Positions 48,894 to 58,512 of a stretch of 61,293 nt of DNA are shown here, piece by piece. The stretch covers positions 1-61,293 of the IMG/VR virus record IMGVR_UViG_3300030430_001440. One strand, written 5' to 3'. The DNA comes from a virus (taxonomy: Duplodnaviria; Caudoviricetes). The first letter of the stretch is position 1; the number at the start of each line of letters is the position of its first letter. Below the pieces are notes generated by a model. That model made no database searches, had not been told where the DNA came from, and was given only the letters and a program-made list of their open reading frames with translations. A program made the position numbers and the translations under genes.

Positions 48894-50417
48894 ATGTCGT
48901 TAGCTGAAGCGTTCGCAAAACGGTATGCAGGACTACGTTCTGCATACGGAACGTTTACATCTACTAATGAAACACGAGAAGACGGTAAAGCCAGTGGTAG
49001 AAACATTACCATTTCTAAAAATTTAGAAGAAAAAGATGTTATAGATTTATGGACTAAACATCTTAACGGACAACAAAGTTTAGGGATAGTACCTATAAAT
49101 GAAAATAATGAGTGTGTGTGGGGAGCCATCGATGTTGATGAGTATCAATTAGATTTAAAAAGTCTTGCTATCCGACTTGCTCAACAAAAACTCCCACTTG
49201 TGCTTTGTAGAAGCAAAAGCGGTGGTGCTCATATATTTATTTTCTTACTAGAGCCTATCCCTGCCTCTATGTTACAAAGAAAACTTAGACAAGTAGCAGC
49301 ATCCATAGGGTATGGTCAAGCAGAAATATTTCCTAAACAAACAAAACTATTATTAGATAGGGGCGATAGGGGCAGCACATTAAATATGCCTTATTTCGGC
49401 GGAGAAAACTCAACAAGATACGCTTATGGTGAAGAAGGGCAAGCACTTACGCCTAACGAGTTTATAGAGTATATAGATAAAATACAGATAGCACCAAAAC
49501 TTTTAGAACAACTAGAAGCTAGTCCCCTTAATGAAAAACAAGAATGGTTAGATCAGGCACCTCCGTGTATACAACATTTAATAGTACAAGGTTTTCCAAA
49601 AGGCACACGTAATTCAGGCTTGTTTAATGTAGGTGTGTTTTTACGAAAGAAGTTTGCAGACGATTGGGAAAAAAGGTTAGAAGATATAAATATACAATAT
49701 ATGCAACCACCTCTAGGTGCACAAGAAGTTTTAACAGTTATTAAACAACTTAAACGCAAAGATTATTTTTATAAATGTAACGACCAACCCATAGCTAGTC
49801 ATTGCAATAGTCCCTTATGTAGAACTAGAAAATATGGTATCGGTGCTAACGGTGGTACACCTTTATTTAGTAATTTAACAAAACAAGATAGTGATCCACC
49901 CATATGGTTTTTAGATGTTGAAGGTGGTAGACTAGAACTAGAAACAGATGACTTATTAAACCAAAATAGATTTCAACGTAAATGTATGGAAGCCCTTAAT
50001 AAAATACCACCTAAAGTTAAAGATAATGTGTGGAGACAAATAATACAACAATTATTAGATGTTATTACCATAGTAGAAGTTCCTGCCGAAAGTTCTACTG
50101 AAGGACACTTCATGGAATTACTAGAAGCTTTTTGTACTGAACGACCTGCTAGAGAAAGAGATGAGTTATTATTACATAAACCTTGGACTAATAAAGGTAA
50201 AACATATTTTAGACTAGCTGATTTGATGGACTATTTACATAGAAATAATTTTAAAGAATATCAAAGAAATAAACTTACATCTAAACTAAAACAATTAGAA
50301 GGAGAGCCATACTTTTTTAATATAAAAGGCAAAGGTGTAAACGTATGGCATATAAACGAATTTACTACTCAAAGTGAGCCCCACGACTTACCAGAGTTTA
50401 ATGATATGAAAATATGA
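48894..50417 (+). CDS. Primase (AEP-type with PriCT-like domain)
   Basis: WGAIDVD, RSKSGGAH and EIFPKQ motifs; PPC...G.RN..LF. Confidence 0.85.
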   Translation: MSLAEAFAKRYAGLRSAYGTFTSTNETREDGKASGRNITISKNLEEKDVIDLWTKHLNGQQSLGIVPINENNECVWGAIDVDEYQLDLKSLAIRLAQQKLPLVLCRSKSGGAHIFIFLLEPIPASMLQRKLRQVAASIGYGQAEIFPKQTKLLLDRGDRGSTLNMPYFGGENSTRYAYGEEGQALTPNEFIEYIDKIQIAPKLLEQLEASPLNEKQEWLDQAPPCIQHLIVQGFPKGTRNSGLFNVGVFLRKKFADDWEKRLEDINIQYMQPPLGAQEVLTVIKQLKRKDYFYKCNDQPIASHCNSPLCRTRKYGIGANGGTPLFSNLTKQDSDPPIWFLDVEGGRLELETDDLLNQNRFQRKCMEALNKIPPKVKDNVWRQIIQQLLDVITIVEVPAESSTEGHFMELLEAFCTERPARERDELLLHKPWTNKGKTYFRLADLMDYLHRNNFKEYQRNKLTSKLKQLEGEPYFFNIKGKGVNVWHINEFTTQSEPHDLPEFNDMKI

Positions 50418-51001
50418 TAGATTATAAACCAGAGTATTTTAAAAACCAAAACCCAATAATTACTGAATGGGACGAGCCAACTATAAGAGAGTTTAAAGGT
50501 CATAAAGTTTTAGGCAGAAAAACAGCAGGATACGGCAATACATTCGCATACGCAGGTAAAAATTATAAAGGACGTCCATGGTCAGATAATCACCGTATTT
50601 TTAGAATAAAAACTTTAACAGAGCATATGTTGTCAAAAGAATATAACATGGACGTTGAATTTTCTTTTTGTTTATGTGGCTACTACGGCACAAACGGCAA
50701 AGGTATACCACATCACTCAGATACTGTTCCAACACTAGACGATTTAGTTGTTTCTATATCTTTTGGAGCACCTAGAGTTTTTACATGGAGACATTATCAA
50801 AACGCAGTTAAAGTAAAAACAAATACAAGTGAGATAGATACAGTATCAGAAAATTTTATAAAGACAGAAGATACTTATATTTTAAATCATGGCGATGTGT
50901 TAATTTTTGATGGTCATAGCCAAATGAAATCTACTCACGCAGTTCCTGATATGATCGGTGCAGGAGAGAGAATAAATTTAACGTTTAGAACAGGTATATG
51001 A
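50414..51001 (+). CDS. AlkB-like 2OG-Fe(II) dioxygenase
   Basis: HSD, ISFGAPR.F, HAVP and RINLTFR motifs. Confidence 0.9.
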   Translation: MIDYKPEYFKNQNPIITEWDEPTIREFKGHKVLGRKTAGYGNTFAYAGKNYKGRPWSDNHRIFRIKTLTEHMLSKEYNMDVEFSFCLCGYYGTNGKGIPHHSDTVPTLDDLVVSISFGAPRVFTWRHYQNAVKVKTNTSEIDTVSENFIKTEDTYILNHGDVLIFDGHSQMKSTHAVPDMIGAGERINLTFRTGI

Positions 51002-52494
51002 CTTTACCAAACCATACACAAGTTATTCTTGGACCTCCTGGAACGGGAAAAACTACAACACTATTAGAGCTTATAGAAAAAGAATTAGAATCAGGCACGG
51101 AGCCTACAAACATAGGTTTTTTTACTTTTACACGTAAAGCAGTAAATGAAGGTAAAGAAAGAGCTATGACAAAATTTGGTATAACTAATAAAGAATTACC
51201 TTATTTTAGAACACTACACTCATTAGCGTTTAGACAACTAGGATTAACTAGAGAAAATGTAATGGGCAGAGAAGATATAGCAGAACTAAACGAGAAACTA
51301 AATTTAAAACTAACAGGTAGAACACAGTCAGAAGAAGGTCATTTATTTGCTATGACTCACGATGACAGGTTAGCGTTTATAGAAAACTTAGCAAGGATGA
51401 GGTATGTGTCGCTAGAAGAACAATGGCACGATGTAGACGAAGCTGTAGGGTGGTTTGAATTAGAACGTTATGCAAGAGGATTAAAGTTATTTAAAGAAGA
51501 TAAATTATTAGTTGACTATACTGATATGTTACATAAGTTTTTACACGAAGGAACTATACCAAAACTAGATGTTATGTTTGTTGATGAGGCACAAGATTTA
51601 TCACCGATACAGTGGGCGGTGGTGCGTAAACTAGCAGAAAGAGCAAAACGTATTTATGTTGCAGGAGACGATGATCAAGCTATCTATAAATGGGCGGGTG
51701 CTGACGTTGACTACCTTATAAGTAATTCTAAAAACGCTATGGTGCTAGAGCAATCTTATAGAATACCCGCAAGCGTACATGAGTATGCTAAGAAATGTAT
51801 ATCACAAGTTAGTTCACGAATACATAAAACGTGGCACCCAAGAAAACAACAAGGTCTTGTAAGATGGGAGCCAAGTATAACATTGTTAAATATGGAACAA
51901 GGTGACTGGTTAGTATTAGCTAGAACAAATTATTTATTAGAAGAAGTAGATGAGTATTGTAGAAACGAGGGATGGTTTTTTGAAGTTAAAGGTAAAACAA
52001 GTCTACCAGAAAGCAAAGTAAGAGCTGTTATAAATTGGGAGAAATTAAGAAAAGGATTACAAATATCTTTAGCAGAGTGTGCGAATATATTGAAATATAT
52101 AAAGGTTAAAGATTATAAAAAGTTAGATTTATTAGAAGCGTCTATAAAACCCAGCTTAGATACATTACAAGAACAGTTTCCAGATTTACCAACTGGTCAT
52201 TGGTATGACGTATTTACATTACTTAGACCAAAAGAAATAAGTTATATACGGGCTATGTTACGTAGAGGAGAAAAAATTACAAAACAGCCTAGAATACGGC
52301 TATCTACTATACATGCAGCAAAAGGTGGTGAAGCAACTAACGTTGTATTACTTACCGATATAACTACAAGAGTTTATAAAAATTATCAGAAAAATCCTGA
52401 TGATGAAAATAGGGTGTTCTATGTCGGTATGACTAGAGCTAAAGAAAACTTATATCTAATAGAGCCAAAAACAACACGCTGTTTTCAGATATAA
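50998..52494 (+). CDS. UvrD/Rep-like SF1 helicase
   Basis: GPPGTGKT, DEAQD, GDDDQAIY, STIHAAKGGE and YVGMTRAK motifs. Confidence 0.95.
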   Translation: MTLPNHTQVILGPPGTGKTTTLLELIEKELESGTEPTNIGFFTFTRKAVNEGKERAMTKFGITNKELPYFRTLHSLAFRQLGLTRENVMGREDIAELNEKLNLKLTGRTQSEEGHLFAMTHDDRLAFIENLARMRYVSLEEQWHDVDEAVGWFELERYARGLKLFKEDKLLVDYTDMLHKFLHEGTIPKLDVMFVDEAQDLSPIQWAVVRKLAERAKRIYVAGDDDQAIYKWAGADVDYLISNSKNAMVLEQSYRIPASVHEYAKKCISQVSSRIHKTWHPRKQQGLVRWEPSITLLNMEQGDWLVLARTNYLLEEVDEYCRNEGWFFEVKGKTSLPESKVRAVINWEKLRKGLQISLAECANILKYIKVKDYKKLDLLEASIKPSLDTLQEQFPDLPTGHWYDVFTLLRPKEISYIRAMLRRGEKITKQPRIRLSTIHAAKGGEATNVVLLTDITTRVYKNYQKNPDDENRVFYVGMTRAKENLYLIEPKTTRCFQI

Positions 52495-52499
52495 AGTTC

Positions 52500-52529
52500 T
52501 TTACTTTGCAATAAAAAGTAAAGTATATT
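52500..52529 (+). promoter_or_regulatory. Promoter of the DNA-modification/polymerase operon
   Basis: TTTACT-N18-TATATT, then AGAAAGGAG RBS. Confidence 0.65.
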
Positions 52530-52552
52530 ATTAATAAAGAAAGGAGGGACGT

Positions 52553-53392
52553 ATGTCTTCGATTAGAAAGAAACTACTCGTTAATGAAAACGATAGTAAA
52601 AATACAAGAATGGATATAGCTAGTGCGGGTGTATTAGCTAATTGGCGACCAGATGAGATAGCTCATATGAGTCGTTTCGACAAGATTGCTTCTATGTGTA
52701 TAGAGGAGTCTAGAAAACTAGGTAGACCACTAGATACTTTTGAAGTTGGTTGTGGGGAGTGTTGGGCTCTTAGAAACTTATACAAGGCTTATGTAATTAA
52801 AAAGTCTGATGTTATACGGTCGTTCTATGGAACAGATATAGACCCTGCTTGTGAAAAAGAATTACCTTATTGGTCGAACGCAGGTGGTAATCTTATGGAC
52901 TCTACATGGTTTAAGAACTTTAATCCACAAATAGTAATACAAGATTTAACAGTTGACCCTGTGTTTAAACTAGAGGACGAAAGTATAGATTTCTTTTGGT
53001 CTACGGAAGTTATTGAACACATGGGTAGAGAGTTTATTCCTGCATGGTTAGATGATGTAGCTAGGGTTATGAGACCTAATGCACTTGGATTCGTGTCTAC
53101 ACCTAACCATGACGGGTCTAACGATAAACTACCTGAAGACCACGTATACGAGTGGGGCTTTCAGGAACTAAAAGAAGAACTAGAAAGAAACTTCGATATA
53201 GTTGCCGTCACAGGAACGTTTATACAGCTACCTAATTTAAAGAAAGCTATGAAAGAGCCCAGTCTAGGGTGGACGCCTGAACAGTTTCAGATGTTACAAA
53301 ATAGATACGGTAAACAGTTTTTAAGAGTAGTTGCTGCTACGTTTTATCCAGAGTATGCAAATAACTGTTCATGGGTGTTACGTAAAAAGTAA
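52553..53392 (+). CDS. Class I SAM-dependent methyltransferase (small-molecule type)
   Basis: EVGCGE motif I, GTDID, STEVIEHM and STPN. Confidence 0.85.
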   Translation: MSSIRKKLLVNENDSKNTRMDIASAGVLANWRPDEIAHMSRFDKIASMCIEESRKLGRPLDTFEVGCGECWALRNLYKAYVIKKSDVIRSFYGTDIDPACEKELPYWSNAGGNLMDSTWFKNFNPQIVIQDLTVDPVFKLEDESIDFFWSTEVIEHMGREFIPAWLDDVARVMRPNALGFVSTPNHDGSNDKLPEDHVYEWGFQELKEELERNFDIVAVTGTFIQLPNLKKAMKEPSLGWTPEQFQMLQNRYGKQFLRVVAATFYPEYANNCSWVLRKK

Positions 53393-54291
53393 TGTTTATT
53401 CAAGAAGAACTTGATAGATACTTGTATTGGCAAGTAGAAAGAGAAAACATCAGACTACAGAAGGAAGTCTCTAACCTTCCCGCTCCTTGGACTGATGATC
53501 GGATACTACAACAATATAAGTTCTGTCAAGTTTTTCGTGAAGAAGATAGGACTACTAGGTGGTTTAAAAAACATATTAGAGAGCCTATGCGAGAAAATAC
53601 AGATGTTCTTATGGCTACTGTAATTTTTAGATGGTTTAATTGGATACCTACAGGAAGAACTCTTATAGAACATAATTTACTTACAAATTGGGATAGGAAG
53701 AAAGCTATAAAAGAAATAAGTAAACAAGATAAGTGGGTAACAGGAGCATATATAGTAAAGTCTCCTAATGGTATGGATAAAGTTACAGGAGTAGCAGAGT
53801 GTATTACTCATATGTGGGAACGTAAAAATTATATGCTAGAAAAACTAGAGGAAGCAGTAATGAATAATACAAGCACATTAAAGTATTGTTGGGATTTATT
53901 GAGAGAATACCCATACATGGGACCATTTATGGCGTATGAAGTTGTAACAGATTTACGATTTACTTATTTATTAGATGAAGCTAAAGATAAACTAACATGG
54001 GCTAATGCAGGTCCAGGAGCAATGCGAGGGCTAAATAGATTAACAGGTAGACCATTAGATTTTTGTCAACGTAGTCATGATTGGTGTAGTGAGATGACAG
54101 CTCTATACGATATAGCTAAAGAACGATTACCCGCACACATAACAAAAAGGAACGATTTACCTTATGAACTTAGAGAGATAGAAGGCGGTCTATGTGAGTT
54201 TGATAAATACTCACGTATATATAAAGGGGAAGGTAGAACGAGGTCAATTTATAAACACGATGATACATTACCATTAATAGAGGGTTTATGA
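53392..54291 (+). CDS. aGPT-Pplase1 / 5-hmdU DNA kinase-family protein
   Basis: ERE.IR...PWTDD.IL..YKFC.V.RE.DR.T, FRWFN, GPFMAYEVVTDL, GPGA.RGL and E..LCEFDKY motifs. Confidence 0.85.
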   Translation: MFIQEELDRYLYWQVERENIRLQKEVSNLPAPWTDDRILQQYKFCQVFREEDRTTRWFKKHIREPMRENTDVLMATVIFRWFNWIPTGRTLIEHNLLTNWDRKKAIKEISKQDKWVTGAYIVKSPNGMDKVTGVAECITHMWERKNYMLEKLEEAVMNNTSTLKYCWDLLREYPYMGPFMAYEVVTDLRFTYLLDEAKDKLTWANAGPGAMRGLNRLTGRPLDFCQRSHDWCSEMTALYDIAKERLPAHITKRNDLPYELREIEGGLCEFDKYSRIYKGEGRTRSIYKHDDTLPLIEGL

Positions 54292-54437
54292 ATTGTTGGC
54301 ATTGTAATACAGAATTAATATGGGGTGCAGACCATGATATAGAACAAGAAGATTCAGAATATATGATGGAAACCAATTTAAGTTGTCCGAGCTGTGGCTC
54401 TTTTGTCATGGTTTATTTACCAAAGGAGAAAGTATGA
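54288..54437 (+). CDS. 49-aa zinc-ribbon protein (not in ORF track)
   Basis: MNCWHCNTELIWGADHD...LSCPSCGS; ATGA overlaps at both ends. Confidence 0.8.
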   Translation: MNCWHCNTELIWGADHDIEQEDSEYMMETNLSCPSCGSFVMVYLPKEKV

Positions 54438-55468
54438 AAATTATAACAGCAAGAAATGTAAATGGTGCTATACTTAGAGGCATTGATTTATTTAAAGATG
54501 AAATAAATTATAGAGAACAAGAAAGTAGAAACGGTAAAACTTTAGAGGCAGTAGAGCCTGTTACAACGACATACCTTAGACCTACAGAAAGAGTTTGTTT
54601 AATACCTGAAAGAGACGCTAATCCTTTTTTCCATTTTATAGAAAGTATGTGGATGTTAGCAGGTAGAAACGATTTAGAATCATTGACTTATTATGTAGCA
54701 AGTATGTCTAATTTTTCAGATGATGGTGAAACTCTATGGGGTGCTTATGGTTATAGGTGGCGACAGTATTTTCATAAAGACCAACTAGATATGATTGTAA
54801 AACTATTAAAAGAAAATCCTGATGATAGACGTGCAGTATTACAAATGTGGGACGCTAATAAAGATTTAGCTAGAGTAAGTAAAGACGTGCCATGTAATAC
54901 GAATATATATTTTAAAATAAGAGACGGTGTCTTAAATATGACAGTATGTAATAGGTCTAACGATATGTTATGGGGTGCGTATGGTGCTAACGTGGTACAT
55001 ATGTCAGTTTTGCAAGAACTTATAGCACACAGACTTGGTGTGCCTGTTGGTGTTTATAGACAAGTAAGTGATAGCTTTCATGTCTACCTTAATGAGGTAT
55101 GGGATAGAGTAAAAGATTTATCTTTAGATGCATACGCTATTAGATCAGCAGCAAACCCATATGATACGCTTTATAATTACAAACCCAGTGATTTATTTAT
55201 AGAACATGATTGTTTAGATTTTGAGCATGAAAGGTTTTTTAATTATCATCCTGCTGATATCGTAGCTGCTGATAATTGGGTAAATCCATGTTATAGAGAT
55301 ATTGCAGTTCCTATGGCTCATACATACTACTTATATAAAACAGGTAAGTATACAGAGGCTTACGAACATTGTAACAAAATAGTTCCAGAAGATTGGAAAG
55401 ACGCTTGTCTTAGTTGGCTCCGCACACGAGAAGAGCGTAGAAATAAACTAGCGGAAAAAGGAGAATAA
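54434..55468 (+). CDS. Thymidylate synthase-family enzyme, likely dUMP hydroxymethyltransferase
   Basis: DVPCN catalytic Cys; RSNDMLWGAYGAN with the dUMP-type Asn; SFHVY; start at ATG 54434 after AAAGGAG. Confidence 0.85.
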   Translation: MKIITARNVNGAILRGIDLFKDEINYREQESRNGKTLEAVEPVTTTYLRPTERVCLIPERDANPFFHFIESMWMLAGRNDLESLTYYVASMSNFSDDGETLWGAYGYRWRQYFHKDQLDMIVKLLKENPDDRRAVLQMWDANKDLARVSKDVPCNTNIYFKIRDGVLNMTVCNRSNDMLWGAYGANVVHMSVLQELIAHRLGVPVGVYRQVSDSFHVYLNEVWDRVKDLSLDAYAIRSAANPYDTLYNYKPSDLFIEHDCLDFEHERFFNYHPADIVAADNWVNPCYRDIAVPMAHTYYLYKTGKYTEAYEHCNKIVPEDWKDACLSWLRTREERRNKLAEKGE

Positions 55469-55469
55469 T

Positions 55470-55820
55470 ATGAGTGCAGATTTTAATCTTATGAAAGAGG
55501 TCGCACAACAAGATTTACAAGCTCTACAACGAGCTGAACAATCTTACGGCGATTCTTGGAAAAGACGTGGCGGTGTCGGTGCTTTTATGATGTTAGCCCG
55601 TAAGTTCGATAGGATAGAACACCAGTCGAAAAAACACGGGTGGGACGTCTTCGAAGCTGGTGCTGTCTATAGTGGCGAAGCAGGTCTACTAGACGATATA
55701 CGAGACTTGCGTAGATACTTATTACTTGTAGAACAAGAAATACTAGCACAAGAAATAGAAGAAAATATTCCTTACGAAAACGAAGGAGACAATACTAACG
55801 AACAGGAGGAAACATCATGA
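55470..55820 (+). CDS. Nucleotide-modification-associated all-alpha pyrophosphatase-like protein (Nmad1/DUF1599-like)
   Basis: YGDSW...RKFDRIE...DDIRDL..Y motif. Confidence 0.6.
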   Translation: MSADFNLMKEVAQQDLQALQRAEQSYGDSWKRRGGVGAFMMLARKFDRIEHQSKKHGWDVFEAGAVYSGEAGLLDDIRDLRRYLLLVEQEILAQEIEENIPYENEGDNTNEQEETS

Positions 55821-56122
55821 GTTGGTTTAAAAAGATAATAGACTTTTTCACACCTAAAATGGAAGGTGAAGCAGAAGTAGCGAAAGCAAAAAAACTTTTA
55901 AAAGAGGCAGAAGTCTTAGATGCAGCAATTGAAGAGGCTACGATAGAACTAGAGCCTATTACAAAAGCAGCAGGTAAGGTAGAAAAAATAGTACCTGTAA
56001 AACCTAAACGTGCAAGAACTAAAAAAGGCAGATATAAAGCAGACGATAAGTCTACTCCAGATTTTAATGAAGCATGGGAAGGCGGTAAAGCACCTAAGAA
56101 AAAGACTAAAAAGAAAAAGTGA
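55817..56122 (+). CDS. Hypothetical protein with basic tail
   Basis: RAR.KKGRY.ADD.STPD.NEAW. Confidence 0.75.
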   Translation: MSWFKKIIDFFTPKMEGEAEVAKAKKLLKEAEVLDAAIEEATIELEPITKAAGKVEKIVPVKPKRARTKKGRYKADDKSTPDFNEAWEGGKAPKKKTKKKK

Positions 56123-57990
56123 TTTTACAGACGCCTATGCCTTTATTTACACCTAAAAGTTCTTGGTCAGTTCCTGATGTATTTCCTCAATTTACTCCTG
56201 ATGAAACAATAGCAATCGACCTTGAAACATATGATCCTGACCTCACTATTAATGGTCCAGGATGGGCTACAGGAAAAGGTTATATTGTCGGTGTAGGTGT
56301 AGCTACTCAAGACTGGGTGGGTTATTTTCCTATCAGACACGAGGGTGGTGGTAATTTAGATGAGGGTATGGTTTTACGGTGGCTCAAAAACGTTTTATCT
56401 ACTCAACGTAAAGTAATTTTCCACAATGCTTTATATGATGTTGGGTGGTTAAAAAGGGAGGGCATTGATATTCACGGACGAGTTCTGGACACTATCATTG
56501 CCGCTCCTCTTTTAGACGAAAATAGATTTTCATATTCATTAGACAATCTTGGTAAAGATTGGTGTGATGAAACTAAAGACGAGAGTTTATTACAAGACGC
56601 TGCACTAGCTTATGGTTGTAATCCTAAAAGTGAGATGTATCGTTTACCTGCAAAATTTGTTGGACCGTATGGAGAACAAGACGCTAAACTTACGTATAAG
56701 CTATGGCATACTTTAGAACAACAAATTAAAGAACAAAGTTTAGAAAAAGTTCTAGAAATGGAACTTAATCTTATACCTCTACTTATCGAAATGAGATGGA
56801 GAGGAGTGAGGGTAGATACTAATAAAGCAGATGAAATAAGTGATCGTCTATCTAAAGAAGAACAATTAATACAGGTAGAAATAAAAAGAAAGTATGGCAC
56901 AGATGTAAATCTATGGGCTAACGCTTCTTTACAAAATATTTTCGACAACAACGATTTATGGTATCCACGAACAGAAAAAGGTACGCCTAGTTTTCAAAGG
57001 CAGTGGTTAGAAGGACACGAACATGAGTTGCCTAAATTAATTGTTAGAGCTAGAAAACTTAATAAAGCAAGGACAACGTTTATAGATAAAATGATAGGAG
57101 ATCATATATTTAACGGTCGTATACACGCTGAAGCTCACCCTATGCGTAATGATAGAGGTGGCACAGTAAGTGGTAGATTTAGTTATAGCAATCCTAATCT
57201 ACAACAAGTTCCTGCTCGTGATCCAGAAATAGGTAATTTAATTAGGTCGTTGTTTATACCAGAAGATGGTTGTCAGTGGGGAGCTTTCGATTATTCTCAA
57301 CAAGAGCCAAGACTGACAGTGCATTACGCTAACGAAATGAGTTTAGTAGGGGCGAAAGAAGCCGTACAACAATATACAGAAGAAAGTGCAGACTTTCATC
57401 AAATAGTTGCAGATATGGCTAATATACCACGTAAACAGGCAAAGACGATTAACTTAGGATTAAGTTACGGAATGGGAAAAGAAAAACTAATTAATGAATT
57501 AGGACTAGACGAGTTCGAAGCAGAGAAGCTATTTCAACAGTATCACGAAAAGGTGCCGTTTATCAAAGCTCTACAAGATCAATGCACTCGGATAGCTAAT
57601 CTAAAAGGATTTATAAAAACTATTGGTGGACGTAGATGTCGTTTCGATTTATGGGAGAGTAAATTTGAAAGAACTACACCACTAGCAAAAGAAGAAGCAA
57701 TTAATAAATATGGCGATGAACTTAAACGTTCATTTACTTATAAAGCACTCAATCGTTTGATACAAGGCTCTGCGGCAGACATGACTAAACTAGCTATGAT
57801 AGAACTATGGAAGGAAGGCATTGTCCCACACTTGCAAATACATGACGAGGTAGATATATCTATTGAAAATCATGCTCAGGCTAAAAAAGTCGTAGAGGTT
57901 ATGGAGAACTGTGTAAAAATCGCAGTACCTCTATTAGTCGACGCAGAGCTTGGTCAATCGTGGGGGGAAGTTAAGGAGATAACTCTATGA
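56119..57990 (+). CDS. polA: DNA polymerase family A with 3'-5' exonuclease
   Basis: DLET and HNALYD (exonuclease); DYSQQEPR, KTINLGLSYG and QIHDE (polymerase). Confidence 0.95.
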   Translation: MILQTPMPLFTPKSSWSVPDVFPQFTPDETIAIDLETYDPDLTINGPGWATGKGYIVGVGVATQDWVGYFPIRHEGGGNLDEGMVLRWLKNVLSTQRKVIFHNALYDVGWLKREGIDIHGRVLDTIIAAPLLDENRFSYSLDNLGKDWCDETKDESLLQDAALAYGCNPKSEMYRLPAKFVGPYGEQDAKLTYKLWHTLEQQIKEQSLEKVLEMELNLIPLLIEMRWRGVRVDTNKADEISDRLSKEEQLIQVEIKRKYGTDVNLWANASLQNIFDNNDLWYPRTEKGTPSFQRQWLEGHEHELPKLIVRARKLNKARTTFIDKMIGDHIFNGRIHAEAHPMRNDRGGTVSGRFSYSNPNLQQVPARDPEIGNLIRSLFIPEDGCQWGAFDYSQQEPRLTVHYANEMSLVGAKEAVQQYTEESADFHQIVADMANIPRKQAKTINLGLSYGMGKEKLINELGLDEFEAEKLFQQYHEKVPFIKALQDQCTRIANLKGFIKTIGGRRCRFDLWESKFERTTPLAKEEAINKYGDELKRSFTYKALNRLIQGSAADMTKLAMIELWKEGIVPHLQIHDEVDISIENHAQAKKVVEVMENCVKIAVPLLVDAELGQSWGEVKEITL

Positions 57991-58331
57991 GAGGTATAAC
58001 ACCACAAAAGAAAGCAGAAAGTCAAGAAAAATATACAAAAATATTTGAGCAATGGAAACTTCAAGATACTACTCTACTCGAATTAGCAATAGAATATGAT
58101 TTGACTAAACAACGTATATGGCAAATTATAACAAGATGTAAACTCGGTGATGGTGATTACTATGTTGGTGTTCAAGTTGCACGTAATAAATGGAACGAGT
58201 TAAATAAAACGTACGATGATTTTGAGGAAGTATCTACTAAATATAATACATGGTTAAAGACTAAAGGTGTAAAAACTAGTGTAAATAACCAATCAGTTGT
58301 TCCACATAGCGGATGGGACTGGAAATACTAA
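57987..58331 (+). CDS. HTH protein (sigma region 4-like)
   Basis: TLLELAIEYDLTKQRIWQII. Confidence 0.65.
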   Translation: MRGITPQKKAESQEKYTKIFEQWKLQDTTLLELAIEYDLTKQRIWQIITRCKLGDGDYYVGVQVARNKWNELNKTYDDFEEVSTKYNTWLKTKGVKTSVNNQSVVPHSGWDWKY

Positions 58332-58477
58332 ATTTAGGGCTAAATCGAAAAAATCGGTCTCTTAAAACGCCACGTAGTGCGTTTTGACGAGGTGGTTAAG
58401 GTAATCGCCTCAGATTATAAAGTAGAGCCTTATATGCGATCCTAATAAGTTTAAAGCTTGTTTTTACGTTTTACTCC

Positions 58478-58506
58478 TTTACTATGTCTAAAATGAGGTG
58501 TATATT
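58478..58506 (+). promoter_or_regulatory. Promoter, probably giving a leaderless mRNA
   Basis: TTTACT-N17-TATATT; ATG at 58513. Confidence 0.65.
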
Positions 58507-58512
58507 ATATAT

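Noticed and set aside
52553-53392. Restriction-modification DNA methyltransferase
   Set aside because: Lacks DPPY/NPPY and C5 methyltransferase catalytic motifs
54383-54433. N-terminal extension of the synthase ORF
   Set aside because: It overlaps the zinc-ribbon gene; ATG 54434 has a strong RBS. The tracked extensions at 28686, 33337 and 33890 were trimmed for similar reasons
54434-55468. dCMP hydroxymethylase
   Set aside because: The specificity residue is Asn (dUMP type) rather than Asp, and the neighbouring gene is an hmdU-kinase-family member
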